This document shows, piece after piece, positions 26,432 through 37,454 of a stretch of DNA of 64,000 nt. The stretch covers positions 1 through 64,000 of IMG/VR virus record IMGVR_UViG_3300023181_000025. One strand, given 5' to 3'. Both the position numbers and the translations under genes were made by a program. The notes below the pieces were generated by a model that was not told the DNA's origin, did no database searches, and saw only the letters and a list, made by a program, of their open reading frames with translations. Position 1 is the first letter of the stretch; each line of letters opens with the position of its first letter.

Positions 26432-27302
26432 AAGCCCTGTCCGGGCCTATTGGATACGACACCCTCGAATTCAGGACGAAGCTATTTTAGAGGAACTTTA
26501 TGAAAAGTTCCTTAATTTAGCTATTAGTAGGAAGGTCAAAACCAATGAGCAGGTTCTTGCCGAAGCCAAGGAAAGCGGCTTGTGGACAGACAAACTAGAG
26601 GGAGAGTTGGCCCAACAAAGGGCTTATTTAAAAAAACTTCAAGAAAGTTTCGAAAAAGCTCTTACGATGCAGAAAAATTCCATCCAAGAGAGTATCGAAA
26701 AATCCTCTAAGAAAATTCAAGAACTGTCTCAAAAGAAGTCTGCCGTTTTAGGTAAAACCGCCGAAACATGGGCAGATAAAATGTCTATTGAAAAATATGT
26801 AGTTTCTCTTGTTTTTAAAGATGAAAATTTGACAGAATTAATGTGGAGCGAGGAAGAGGCGGACTATTTAGATGAGGATCAAATGAATTTTCTATATGAT
26901 TTATTTATAGAATTTAAACAAACATTTTCAGAGAAGGATGTGAAATCTTTAGCCGTTGAGCCCTTTTGTCAAAACCTATTTGATTGTTCATCAGGTTGTA
27001 TTGATTTTTACGGAACTCATGTTTTGAGCCTTACTTATTTACAACAAAGATTGTATTTTCATCTAAAAAATTATAATACAATTATTGGCATGATAGGCGG
27101 CAAAGTTTCTCCTGAAACACTATCTAACTGGGAGAAAATGGACGAATGGGCAAGAGCCTCTGAAAAGGCTCGTGAACAATTGGAAAATATGTGGACACGT
27201 AACACTAATAACTCTGTTACAATGGATTCTATAAAGAAAAGCGCCGAAAAGAAGGGTTCTCGTCTCGAAAACGCTAAAAATATTAAGAAGCTTCTAAGTT
27301 AA
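26376..27302 (+). CDS. Putative second tail assembly chaperone
   Basis: Synteny; coiled coil; IRHPR pattern similar to the upstream gene. Confidence 0.45.
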   Translation: MEKKSSLYLSKLNQIQKGKSPVRAYWIRHPRIQDEAILEELYEKFLNLAISRKVKTNEQVLAEAKESGLWTDKLEGELAQQRAYLKKLQESFEKALTMQKNSIQESIEKSSKKIQELSQKKSAVLGKTAETWADKMSIEKYVVSLVFKDENLTELMWSEEEADYLDEDQMNFLYDLFIEFKQTFSEKDVKSLAVEPFCQNLFDCSSGCIDFYGTHVLSLTYLQQRLYFHLKNYNTIIGMIGGKVSPETLSNWEKMDEWARASEKAREQLENMWTRNTNNSVTMDSIKKSAEKKGSRLENAKNIKKLLS

Positions 27303-27346
27303 TTGCTTATTTTAGTGTAAATATAGCATAGGGTCGGAAAGGAATT

Positions 27347-30300
27347 ATGGAAGACAATTTTAATGTAAATTTAGGGCTGGTTACAACCCGTGCTGAATCG
27401 GCGGCTTTTGCTGCTGCGGATAGAATTGAGAAAAGATTTTCGAACATTAAAATTGGAACTACTTCCAAGAATTCTTTTGGAGCCTTAAATAAGGACGCAG
27501 CCAACTTTAATAGGACTCTCGCGGGAGTAAATGATAGATTCATTGCTTTTGCGGCTTCAGCTAGTGTAATTTACGGGCTTTCTAACGCTTTTAAATCTTT
27601 ATATGCTAACTCTATTAAGGTTGAAATGGCTATGGCCCAAATCCAAGTCAACATCAGAGCTACAAGCAAAGAACTTGGAAGCTTGGAAAGTGGACTATTT
27701 TCTGTTGCCTCTTCTACTGGACAATCATTCTTTGCCGCTGCTGATGCCGCTGCTGAGTTCGCTCGTCAAGGTCTTAAGGCAAACAAAATTCTAGAGGCTA
27801 CTAATGCAGCCCTTGTTCTTACGCAAACTACAGGTCTTGATACCGTTAATAGTGTTAAGTCTCTCACCGCTATCGTTAACACCTTCGGTGAGGCCGCTGG
27901 CTCTTATGCAGATATTGTTAATAAGATGGCCGCTGCCGATACAAGCTTCGCTGTGTCGTCTAAAGACCTTGCTGAGGGCGTCAGTCGAGTTGGTTCAGTT
28001 GCCTTAGATGCGAATGTAAGCTTCGAAGAGCTTCTTGCCACTATCACAGCCATTCAACAAAGAACATCTCGTGGAGGTAACACTATTGGTAACTCCTTGA
28101 AGAGTATTTTTACCCGTCTTCAACGCGACGACAACTCAACCGCTATCGGAAATCTTGGAATTGAAACTAAAAACGCAGACGGTTCCTTTAAAAACCAAAT
28201 TGAGGTATTAAAACAACTATCTCTTGCTCTTAATAATGCCACGGATACGCAGGCCGCTCAAATCGCTGAAATGGTTGGTGGCGTTTATCAAATTAACATC
28301 GTTAAGTCTCTATTCCAAGATTTAGGTCAAGAGGTAAGCGTTTATTCGGAAGCACTTAATACGGTTAGAAATGCACAGAATGAAGCTTTCGTAAAAAGTA
28401 ATTTCTTAAGTGAAACGAATGTTTCTACTATTGTTAAAGCGAAAAACGCCTTTGTTGAATTGAGTTCTGCGGTTGGAAAGCTAGGCCTCAATGAGGCTTC
28501 TAAGGGTTTAGTTGGAAGCCTTACCGAGATTACTCAAGGGGCCACCAAACTACTTAAGCCAATCGAAGGAGCTAATGGCGGAGATGCCACTATAGGTGAA
28601 AAATTCAAGGATATTGAATCTGGGGTCGCAACGATTTCGCAATCAGTTGTTAAAGGATTTATTGATGCTCTTAGCGGGCCGGGTCTTGCTATTTTAATTA
28701 AAGCTTTTGCTCAAATTTCTGGAAGCGTAATCGGTAAACTCAAAACCGACTTAGGAAGTAGTATTTATTCAAATAATAGTGGATCTCAATCCAGACTTAA
28801 AGCTCTTCAAGAACAAAATGCAGCCGTTTTAAGAATTACTGAAGCCGAGTCTCGCGAAAACGTCCTTTTGCAGCAGGGAAATTCTGAATTGTTAAAAAGA
28901 CTTGTTATTGTGCGTGATATAGCTTTAGCCCAGTCCGCTATGGGGCTATCTGCTAGCTTTGCCGGACCTTATAGAAAATCTTCGCCTCCAGTAGCTCCTA
29001 GAAAAAACTTTGCCGGTGGGTTCTCGCCTTTCAGTAGGGAAGCTTATGATATAGCTAATGGTGTTGGGGGTGCAAGCAAAGGAGCAAGGCCTGTCGATGC
29101 ATACATCAAAACCTCTCCAAGAAAATCTGAAAAAGTTGTTCTTAACTCAGACGAATATATTGTAAAAGATTATATGGGGTCCGGCGCGGATGCTGTATTT
29201 AATAAAAATATGGTTCGTGACGCCGGGGGAATTAATAATGTTCGCTCTATGGGTGACGTAAGAAGGGCTTTTGCGGGAGGAAGAATTCCAACTCAAAGCC
29301 TCGCAAGAGGGAGTGTCCCTTTCGGCCAAAGAAGTGATGAAGAGTTGAGAAAAATTATTGAAAGGGGCTCTAATAAAATACAAGTTCAGGGAGCTATCCG
29401 CGAACTCCAAAAAAGAGGGGTAAATACGGCTAGTCTTCGACTGAAAGCTCCTAAGTCAGAAGTTTATCGCAGAAATCAAGATAGACCTTCAGTAAACTTG
29501 ATAAGAAGCAATAAAGATCAAGAGGCTATTCCTTTGGGATATGACCCTCTTCGGGGGGTGGCTTCACCGACAAGCCAACAATTCTTGCAAAAGCAAGCGG
29601 AAAGAGAAAGATTGATAAGAATCAACTCGGAGTATGAAAGAGCCAATAGGAAACCTTTGGAGGCTGTTCCTGCGTATGTTGCGCCTTCAAAACCATCAGA
29701 TAGACTCTCTTCGGAACAAAAAAGATTATTGCACGAAAAAATAAGCAATAAGACAAGCTATCAGGACCGCATAAACAATGCTTTCAGCGGAAATAAACCC
29801 GTAAGAGATCAGGCGTTAAAAAATGCTATAAGTGGATCGTCTTCTTCTAAAAAAATAGATTCATTAAATGCAGAGAATCAAAATGCTTTTATTCAAGCAG
29901 TTCAAAATACGCCCAATATCAACAAAGCAAAGATTGATGAGTTAGCTTCTCAGTATAACGTTCCTAAAAACAGCGGCATTGTAAAGGACGTAAAAAAAGA
30001 TATCCGCTCGCAAACTAATTCTAGAATTTCTGCAAAATTCGACAAATATGCTTTTGGCGCAGCTTTTGCGGGAAGCTCTATTGGTAATGCTGCCGGGAGT
30101 GAACGCTTAGGAACTGCGGTAAGCGATATAGCTACATTTTCGTCTTTGGGTTCGGCATTTGGACCAATAGGAATTGCGGCGGGAGCTTTAATTGGAACAT
30201 TCAAGGCTCTTGGATCGGAAATACAAAGCTCTGCAATTCCGCTTGAAAGTTTTTCGAAAGAGATAGAAAAGTTTGGAGCACAAACAGAAAAAGAAAGCAA

Positions 30301-33199
30301 TAGTATCGCTTCGTATTTCTCTTCCAGAGAGAGCCTTAAAAATTTAACAAGTGATCCAAATGCCTCTGAATCTAGTATATCTAATGCGGCTCAAGCTCGC
30401 GCAGACGCACTGATAAGTCTCCCAGATAAACTTAGGGAAGCCTTAATTGATAGTGAAAACTCAGACGATCCAAAAAGTTTTGAGAAATCAATGAAATTGG
30501 CTCAAGATTCTCTTAGAAAAACATCTCAACAGTCTAATTCTGCTACCGCTATTGGTAGTTTAATGGCTGAGGCGGAAAAAAGCAATAATGCTTTTGGGCT
30601 TCTTTACAGAAAGGTCGCCTTTTCTGGAAAAGACGACTCTACTCTTAAATTTGAAAATAAAGATAATGTAAAGGCCGCACTTTCTTCTATTATAAGTAAT
30701 ATTGATTTAGACTCGCTTCGTAAACAGTCTTCTGACTTGGGTAACCCACAAAGCGGACAGGCTCAAAGTGCGCTTAGTTCTCTTTCTAGAGGGGACATTG
30801 GGGCATTCTCTCGTCAGGTTAAAGGGCTTGGGGTTGTTGCTGAAGAATCCAGATCGGCTCTTGAAAAATTTTCCCAAAATGTTACTGGAAAAGAGCTTAT
30901 TTATTTTAACCAAGAAGTTAAAAATTCTTTTGAGTCTATTCAAAAATTAAATAAGATACGAGACATTGAAATTGAAAAATCGAAGTCCGTTGCCGCTGCT
31001 TTTTCTGATTTTAAGGTTTTTTCCGATAATGTAATTCGCAAAAACCAACTTTCTACAGCTATAGATGTCACTAAATCTGATATTCAGTCATCTAGATTGG
31101 GTTTTCTTTCGGACGTTCCCGGATTATCTGGGGGTGCTAGAAATTCTATATCCACTGCCCAATCTTTAATCGGAATAAATGAAAAAAGAAGGTCTATAGA
31201 TAATTCAGCCTTTATAGAGTCTCAAAATATTTTTAAAGACTTATTTGATAAAATAGGTGTTGGAAAGCTTAACTCTGCAAGTGGTGGTGATTTTGTTGGA
31301 AATTTTTTAAAAACATCGGAAGGTGGGGCTTCAAATGCAGACGCTCTTTTATCTCAATTAAGTGAGGTAACTAAAAAAGTTGGTCCCGGAGATAAGGCCA
31401 TTCTGGGAAAGCTTCAAGATACAATAACTGAGCATAAAATAGAAAATTTGAAATTAACCACTGAAGAAACATTGCTTCAGGAGACCCTTCAGGTATTACA
31501 AAAGCTTGAGAGAAAAACTAAATTTGACGAACTTATTAGCAATCTTATTGGGGCTGATAGCGGTAAGAATGTTGGAGAAGATATTGAATTTCAAAGGCTG
31601 AAGGAGGACTTTTCCACGGTTACTCGTGAAGAGCAAAAAAGATTAAATTCCGCTAAAAATAATTTCAAAAATACCGGAAATGCTTCGGCAGCTCTTGATT
31701 TAGTAAGTGAAAACAGACAAAGATCTCAAAGGCTTCTTGATAGTAATTCAGAAAGAGTGAAACGGGGACTTCCTTCTCTTAGCTCTAAAATAATTGCTGA
31801 GGCTCAAGAAGCGTCTATTCGAGGGGGAAATATTGAAGAGTTCTCTCTTCAGTCTGAAAGAAGAATAAGCGAAGGAAGGGGAACTAAAGGAGGGGCGTTT
31901 TCCGCAAGAGCAATGTTAGAGGCAAGAAACCAAGTTATTCTTGGTGGAGGCTCCGCAGCGTCTTTAATAGAATCTATAAAAATATTAAGAAAAGCTGCAA
32001 ATCAGCTTGACCCAGAAAATTCAAATAAAACTAGCTTGGAAAGCTTTGCCAATATTATTGAAGATAAAATTCTCTCACTTCAAAATAGTGCTCCTAACCA
32101 AAACGCGATCAATGGTGATATGATGGTAGCAAAAGAGTTGGCTAAACTTAACTCTTCGGGAAATAGCAATGACAACAAAAAGGCTGGAGAACTTATAAAG
32201 GCACAGGATTTGATTGCAAAGGGGCAAATTAACGAAGGTAAAAGGGTTCTTCTTGGACTCGGCTATGGGGATATAGCTAATCAATACAATAATTCTGGTC
32301 TTGATAAAAATATAAAAAACGGGCTAAATGGCTCTTCTGGTGTTGAATTTGGAAATATTTTAAATGGCGACGCTTCTGGAGCTGGAGGCCCAATTGTAGA
32401 GTCGCAAGAAAGGCTAAAAACCTCTCTTGATGTTTTAAATTCTTCCATTGTTTTACTTAACGCAAGAAATTCTGTAGAGGGGGGTATCTCTTCAAAAAGT
32501 TCTGAAGCTTCTCTTATTGCTGAAGAGAAAAAAAATAAGTCAATCGAATTAAATAGATTAGAAATAGAAAGGGATAAAAAAATAGCAATTTCTGGGGAAG
32601 AAAAGTCTAACGCTTCAAAATCTTTGCCGGGCGTTTTAAACAATTTAAATGGACTTAAAAGCTCTCCCCTGGAATCTGTAAGAAATTCTGCGGACATTTT
32701 GGGTAGATCATTCAAAAATAATGAAAAAGTAGTTTCAAAAGATAAAGAAGACTCTGCAATAGAAAGCATTCGCTCGATACTGGATGCTAGAACGCGCTTA
32801 GGGAGACCAAACGCAGTCAAAGAAAAACAAGAATTTGAAAATGCCGTGTCTATAAGAAAGAAGACATTTCAAGAAAATGATAATGTTCCTGAATTAAACG
32901 CTAAAATAGAAGAGCTGTCAAAAGTAATTTCTCAATTATCTGAAAAGATAAACAATGCTAACCAGGGGGTTGGCGATGCACGAAAGCAGGGTGAACAAGA
33001 TATAAAAAATCTTGAAGATCTAAATCCATCTAATACTAATTTTAAAAATATTTTTGATATTAATCTCAATGGTGTTGATGAAAGCCTTGGAGATAAATTA
33101 AAACCTGTTTTTATGGACTGGATTTTCCAAAAAATTCAAGAAAATAAAACTAACCCTGCCGCATTTGACGCCTTTGGCAAGAATACCGGAATAGCATAA
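27347..33199 (+). CDS. Tail tape measure protein
   Basis: 1950 aa, Ala/Ser-rich helical; TP901-type core (EFARQGL, AVSSKDLAEGVSRVGS, IGNSLKSIFTRL). Confidence 0.92.
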   Translation: MEDNFNVNLGLVTTRAESAAFAAADRIEKRFSNIKIGTTSKNSFGALNKDAANFNRTLAGVNDRFIAFAASASVIYGLSNAFKSLYANSIKVEMAMAQIQVNIRATSKELGSLESGLFSVASSTGQSFFAAADAAAEFARQGLKANKILEATNAALVLTQTTGLDTVNSVKSLTAIVNTFGEAAGSYADIVNKMAAADTSFAVSSKDLAEGVSRVGSVALDANVSFEELLATITAIQQRTSRGGNTIGNSLKSIFTRLQRDDNSTAIGNLGIETKNADGSFKNQIEVLKQLSLALNNATDTQAAQIAEMVGGVYQINIVKSLFQDLGQEVSVYSEALNTVRNAQNEAFVKSNFLSETNVSTIVKAKNAFVELSSAVGKLGLNEASKGLVGSLTEITQGATKLLKPIEGANGGDATIGEKFKDIESGVATISQSVVKGFIDALSGPGLAILIKAFAQISGSVIGKLKTDLGSSIYSNNSGSQSRLKALQEQNAAVLRITEAESRENVLLQQGNSELLKRLVIVRDIALAQSAMGLSASFAGPYRKSSPPVAPRKNFAGGFSPFSREAYDIANGVGGASKGARPVDAYIKTSPRKSEKVVLNSDEYIVKDYMGSGADAVFNKNMVRDAGGINNVRSMGDVRRAFAGGRIPTQSLARGSVPFGQRSDEELRKIIERGSNKIQVQGAIRELQKRGVNTASLRLKAPKSEVYRRNQDRPSVNLIRSNKDQEAIPLGYDPLRGVASPTSQQFLQKQAERERLIRINSEYERANRKPLEAVPAYVAPSKPSDRLSSEQKRLLHEKISNKTSYQDRINNAFSGNKPVRDQALKNAISGSSSSKKIDSLNAENQNAFIQAVQNTPNINKAKIDELASQYNVPKNSGIVKDVKKDIRSQTNSRISAKFDKYAFGAAFAGSSIGNAAGSERLGTAVSDIATFSSLGSAFGPIGIAAGALIGTFKALGSEIQSSAIPLESFSKEIEKFGAQTEKESNSIASYFSSRESLKNLTSDPNASESSISNAAQARADALISLPDKLREALIDSENSDDPKSFEKSMKLAQDSLRKTSQQSNSATAIGSLMAEAEKSNNAFGLLYRKVAFSGKDDSTLKFENKDNVKAALSSIISNIDLDSLRKQSSDLGNPQSGQAQSALSSLSRGDIGAFSRQVKGLGVVAEESRSALEKFSQNVTGKELIYFNQEVKNSFESIQKLNKIRDIEIEKSKSVAAAFSDFKVFSDNVIRKNQLSTAIDVTKSDIQSSRLGFLSDVPGLSGGARNSISTAQSLIGINEKRRSIDNSAFIESQNIFKDLFDKIGVGKLNSASGGDFVGNFLKTSEGGASNADALLSQLSEVTKKVGPGDKAILGKLQDTITEHKIENLKLTTEETLLQETLQVLQKLERKTKFDELISNLIGADSGKNVGEDIEFQRLKEDFSTVTREEQKRLNSAKNNFKNTGNASAALDLVSENRQRSQRLLDSNSERVKRGLPSLSSKIIAEAQEASIRGGNIEEFSLQSERRISEGRGTKGGAFSARAMLEARNQVILGGGSAASLIESIKILRKAANQLDPENSNKTSLESFANIIEDKILSLQNSAPNQNAINGDMMVAKELAKLNSSGNSNDNKKAGELIKAQDLIAKGQINEGKRVLLGLGYGDIANQYNNSGLDKNIKNGLNGSSGVEFGNILNGDASGAGGPIVESQERLKTSLDVLNSSIVLLNARNSVEGGISSKSSEASLIAEEKKNKSIELNRLEIERDKKIAISGEEKSNASKSLPGVLNNLNGLKSSPLESVRNSADILGRSFKNNEKVVSKDKEDSAIESIRSILDARTRLGRPNAVKEKQEFENAVSIRKKTFQENDNVPELNAKIEELSKVISQLSEKINNANQGVGDARKQGEQDIKNLEDLNPSNTNFKNIFDINLNGVDESLGDKLKPVFMDWIFQKIQENKTNPAAFDAFGKNTGIA

Positions 33200-33204
33200 A
33201 ATAT

Positions 33205-35076
33205 ATGTTGGCTTTTAAACACGCTCAAACTCTTTCTTTGTCCCATAAATTGGAATATTTGGGGGACGCTTTTGCCTATAGGGCGGTTCAGGATATTGTT
33301 ATTCGGGGCAAAATGATTAGTGACCGGGCTTATGATAATTCATTGGGGAGTTATTTTTCTATTGTATATACTGACCAATCCGGGGACAATCAATTTGTGG
33401 CTGTGGAAGGAGAAGATTATGATTTTGTAGATGATGATTGGATAGTTGAGAATAAATGGTTTCCTATTGAGAGTGCCCAAAACATTGAGACTCCAGAGCA
33501 GAATTCATTTTTTGATATTACACCTTTTGCATCTACAGTTTCTGAAGGTGGAACTATTTCGGGGGCAGACCATTATTCTCCACTTTACGATATTTGGGAT
33601 GGGGCTAATAAAATAAAGAAAGCCTTTGGAGAATTTCAAGAAATAATTTTAAATGGTGTTTCTTTGGGGTCTGGTAGAGTTGTGTCTGCAAGTTTTCCAG
33701 AGTCTAGAGACTTTCGAAAAGGCGAATATGAAATAACTTTAGAAATTTATAAACCAGTCGATCTATATAATTGGGAAGGAACTGGTTATTTTGATAAGCC
33801 AGACCCCGAGCTAATGAAGCTTGTTCAAAATCTTGATAGCACTTTTTCCTTCGACAAAGATAAAAACAATGTAATTTCTTATTCTAAAAATTTAGGGTTT
33901 AGTTTGATTAACTCAGGATTAAGCGAAGAGAGCTACTTAAATACTGCAAAGACCATTGCCTCGGGACTCTTTTATAAAGACCCAAATTTTAATAATTTTA
34001 TATCTCAGTATCCTGATTTTTATGAAAATAATGGAAATCGGGTGTTTAACGAAAGTTATAATCCATTAGAGGGTTCATTTTCCTTTTCGGAAATTTTCCA
34101 AGGTCCAACTAGTGGAAAAAAATATTTTTGGGACGTATCTTACTCGCTCACAACTCAACAAAATGGCGCAACTAGGGCTACTGAGAACGGAACTATTCGT
34201 GGCGTTTCGAAGAATAGTTTTGAAGTCGCTAATTCTGGTTACAATTCAATAAAGGGTTCGCGGGAACAAAGAATTAAAGATTTTTATGGATCTTACAAGG
34301 ATTCTTTGTGTGAAGATACTCTTATATTTAAAGCAGCTTCAAAAGCTAGCGATATTCCCGCAGGAATTATTACATATTCATTTAATTATGAAGAAGATCC
34401 TTTTGGCGAACTATGCTATGATATTGTGAGGGCTTCCGATATTCAAAAAGATGCAGACGGTGAATACACACTAACAGAAAATGGTTCTGTTAGAAATACT
34501 TGTGAATTAACTACTTCTGGAAAGTTACAAAAAGCTGTAGATTATTTTAAAAATAATATAGAAACTGGAATTAAAAGTAGGTTATACTCTGACTATGAGG
34601 CGGCCTCTTTTGGTTGTGGATGTAGCGGGGCCGCAAATATAGCAGATTTATCCCTAATTTCCACCGAAGAGGAGTATTCTAGCTTTCGAGGCGCATTTGA
34701 CTATGCGTATACATACAAAACGAGTTGCGGATTTGCTATTAATGATTATTTTTTAACGTCAAAAGAAAGGCAGGTCAAAGACACTCTTCATAATGTTGGG
34801 TTGCAAATAACCCCCTACAGCGGAGAGATAGCACAAAAACAAAATACTTCCTCTTTGATAGAGGAGACTCAGACAATTTCTGTAATTGGGAGAGAAGAAA
34901 ATATAGAAATAGAGCAATATCTGGAAGAGTGTATATCTAATATTACTCCGCCGGTTTCCTCTACATTTTTTATGAATAATGCTAGTTATTTTTTTGATCC
35001 TGATAACTCAAAAATGGAAATGAGTGTAATTTACCAATACACCGGATTTAGAAACTTCCTAGATATTAATGTTTAA
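33205..35076 (+). CDS. Tail-tip/distal tail protein
   Basis: First gene after TMP; repeated beta modules (TENG.IRG). Confidence 0.55.
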   Translation: MLAFKHAQTLSLSHKLEYLGDAFAYRAVQDIVIRGKMISDRAYDNSLGSYFSIVYTDQSGDNQFVAVEGEDYDFVDDDWIVENKWFPIESAQNIETPEQNSFFDITPFASTVSEGGTISGADHYSPLYDIWDGANKIKKAFGEFQEIILNGVSLGSGRVVSASFPESRDFRKGEYEITLEIYKPVDLYNWEGTGYFDKPDPELMKLVQNLDSTFSFDKDKNNVISYSKNLGFSLINSGLSEESYLNTAKTIASGLFYKDPNFNNFISQYPDFYENNGNRVFNESYNPLEGSFSFSEIFQGPTSGKKYFWDVSYSLTTQQNGATRATENGTIRGVSKNSFEVANSGYNSIKGSREQRIKDFYGSYKDSLCEDTLIFKAASKASDIPAGIITYSFNYEEDPFGELCYDIVRASDIQKDADGEYTLTENGSVRNTCELTTSGKLQKAVDYFKNNIETGIKSRLYSDYEAASFGCGCSGAANIADLSLISTEEEYSSFRGAFDYAYTYKTSCGFAINDYFLTSKERQVKDTLHNVGLQITPYSGEIAQKQNTSSLIEETQTISVIGREENIEIEQYLEECISNITPPVSSTFFMNNASYFFDPDNSKMEMSVIYQYTGFRNFLDINV

Positions 35077-36700
35077 AATTCTTTATAATGGCGACGAGGT
35101 TTTCGACGGTTTATCCCCTACGCCTTTCGTCGAAAGGAACTCAGAAAGCATATACAACTCTAAAAAGTATATGGAGATGGATTCTATTACCCTTAATGGG
35201 GTAATTACGGGAGAATGCGTGCAAAATGATAATGAATTTGAGGGATTTTACAATAAAGCCAGCCTTTTAATAGATAGGTTTTCAAAATCTTTTGGAGACC
35301 TTGCGATTCTTGAGGAGCTACCGGACCATTTATCTTATCTATATTCAGGGCGAGCTATTGTGCGAGCTATTGATTTCCCAGAAAGTTATTTTGCAGGATT
35401 ATTGCCTTATTCTATAACTTTTGACCTCTACAAAGAAGAGGATTTTATAAATTATGGAATTTTAGATCCAAGCCAAGAAATTCAATTTCAACAAAATGAT
35501 AATGGCACCGTTACGATTAATAAATCTACATCCGCTAGGGGCTTAAATACAGATTTAAAGGCGTTAGATAACGCACGTAGTTTTGTCCAGCAATTGAAAG
35601 GTTGGAACTCTTCTTTGTCTCCACTATTCATTGACTCCACCAACGTTTCCGAGGCTCTTTTAATTAAAGAGGATGAAGAAGTTGACCGTGCCAACTGTGT
35701 TTATAGCCTTAACGAAACTTGGTTATATGACCCATACGGTCAACAAACTGAAAATTCTTTCTATCGAGTTACAACAACAATAAACTCGGGGGCAGAGGGA
35801 AATGCTATTTCCCTAGAGGGAACCCTAGAAGGCCGAGCTATGTCTTCGTGGTTAGACTTAAGACAGGAATTTACTGAAATAAATTTTTTGCAGATTGCTG
35901 AAGAAGCTTATTTTGATGCGGGTTTTGAAGGCGAGCTTTTTATAAGACCTATAGGCAAAAGCATATCGGAAAATGCCAACGAGAAAAGCATATCTTTTTC
36001 TATGGAATATTCTGATACTATACTAGAAGATCCTTATATAACAGATAATTTTAGGGTTACTTGGGACATACAAAATAATAAAAAATGCGCATCAGCACAA
36101 GTTTTAATTTCTTCTATTGATGAGTGTTATTCTGCTAGATGGAATAAAGTCAATGATTTTTACGAGACTTTTCAATTAAAAGATTGGATTGATCAAAGAT
36201 GGCAAGACTACGGATATGAGGGAAATCTTTCCAATTCTTTCCAATCTAAGTCTGTTTCATTTGATCAAAAATCTTCCACCATTAGTATTTCTGCGACCTT
36301 GTGTGAAAAAAAGATTGTAATCCCTGCACATTTAGACGACATAAATTATAATGTGCAAATTATTCCCTCTATGCCTACTTATATTCCTTTTCAGGGTTTA
36401 GATTGTGGGGGGGCATTCACAGTTCAAAAGCTCAAGGGCCTGAAAAGACAATCTATTACAATTCAAGGAGACGCCCTGATATCTGACTGTTCTACCAAAG
36501 AGCAGGCTTTAGAGAGTTTAAAACTATATATAAACTCATTAAAATTTCAATATTTAAATGGGGGAGATGCTTTTATGAGTGGAAACGATATACGTTACGG
36601 GTCTGGTGCGGCTTCTAAAAAGATATATTTTAGTTTTTCTTGGAATGAAAAAAAATCCACAAGTTTATTTGGAGAAGAGCTTCTAAATTCCCCTATTTAA
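35069..36700 (+). CDS. Tail-tip protein, apparent paralogue of the upstream gene
   Basis: Shared patterns (GR.V.S/I.FPES, Q..NG.VTI...ARG). Confidence 0.5.
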   Translation: MFKILYNGDEVFDGLSPTPFVERNSESIYNSKKYMEMDSITLNGVITGECVQNDNEFEGFYNKASLLIDRFSKSFGDLAILEELPDHLSYLYSGRAIVRAIDFPESYFAGLLPYSITFDLYKEEDFINYGILDPSQEIQFQQNDNGTVTINKSTSARGLNTDLKALDNARSFVQQLKGWNSSLSPLFIDSTNVSEALLIKEDEEVDRANCVYSLNETWLYDPYGQQTENSFYRVTTTINSGAEGNAISLEGTLEGRAMSSWLDLRQEFTEINFLQIAEEAYFDAGFEGELFIRPIGKSISENANEKSISFSMEYSDTILEDPYITDNFRVTWDIQNNKKCASAQVLISSIDECYSARWNKVNDFYETFQLKDWIDQRWQDYGYEGNLSNSFQSKSVSFDQKSSTISISATLCEKKIVIPAHLDDINYNVQIIPSMPTYIPFQGLDCGGAFTVQKLKGLKRQSITIQGDALISDCSTKEQALESLKLYINSLKFQYLNGGDAFMSGNDIRYGSGAASKKIYFSFSWNEKKSTSLFGEELLNSPI

Positions 36701-36703
36701 AAG

Positions 36704-36729
36704 TTCACAAAATACCTTATTTGCTGTAA
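36704..36729 (+). promoter_or_regulatory. Putative late promoter
   Basis: TTCACA-N15-TGTAA. Confidence 0.65.
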
Positions 36730-36755
36730 TAAGATGCAGGAAAGGTAAGGGTTAG

Positions 36756-37454
36756 GTGGATTTTCGTCAAAAATATTTAGATTTTAAAATACCAGAGGAG
36801 TATCTTCTTTCTTTTTTAGATTTTAGTAAAAAGAACTCCCTCCAAACTGTTGTTCATTTTCCCTTTTCTAAAAACTTTTTAAATGAGGGTTGCGCACATT
36901 TTGTAAACGATAAAATTACCCTAGCTACAGAAGCCAATTTGGATAGTTTTTCTGTATTTTTCGATTTTGAAAAGGAAAATATTAATGAGACGCAGATTGT
37001 ATTTTCCAATATAGCTGATGAAGGGGGTTTCTTTTTTGGAAATGCGGTTGCGGGTCGGTTTTTTGTGGGGTATGAATTAAATGGAGAGGATTTTATTTGC
37101 TTTTTTGATGAAATCAAAGTTCCAAAACGAGCCATTTTAATATTCAAAAAATGTTTTAATTTTTATTCTTTGGGTTATTTTGATCAGAGTGACGATACTT
37201 TAATTTTTCAATCGTTCGCTCTCCCTAAGGATTTTTCAAACAAATTCGTTTGTATCGGGGGAGATATGAATGACAATTTGTCTCCTGTCCAAAATTTTAA
37301 ATTATATAGCGCCGCAATTATTAAAGATTCTTTGCCGGGATTCATGGAAAAGGATCTTTGCAAAACATTAATTAGAAGCGAGGGCGACTACCCTAAAGAG
37401 GTTTATAGATTAAGTGAAAGTCTCATTGCATCTAGAAACTTAAAAGATTTATAA
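36756..37454 (+). CDS. Hypothetical tail-region protein (possible LamG-like beta-sandwich)
   Basis: FSVFFDF..IVFSN...FFFG...IGG pattern. Confidence 0.4.
   Translation: MDFRQKYLDFKIPEEYLLSFLDFSKKNSLQTVVHFPFSKNFLNEGCAHFVNDKITLATEANLDSFSVFFDFEKENINETQIVFSNIADEGGFFFGNAVAGRFFVGYELNGEDFICFFDEIKVPKRAILIFKKCFNFYSLGYFDQSDDTLIFQSFALPKDFSNKFVCIGGDMNDNLSPVQNFKLYSAAIIKDSLPGFMEKDLCKTLIRSEGDYPKEVYRLSESLIASRNLKDL

Noticed and set aside
24236-27302. Contractile tail sheath gene
   Set aside because: No ORF of sheath size or pattern precedes the tube gene; the layout fits a long non-contractile tail.
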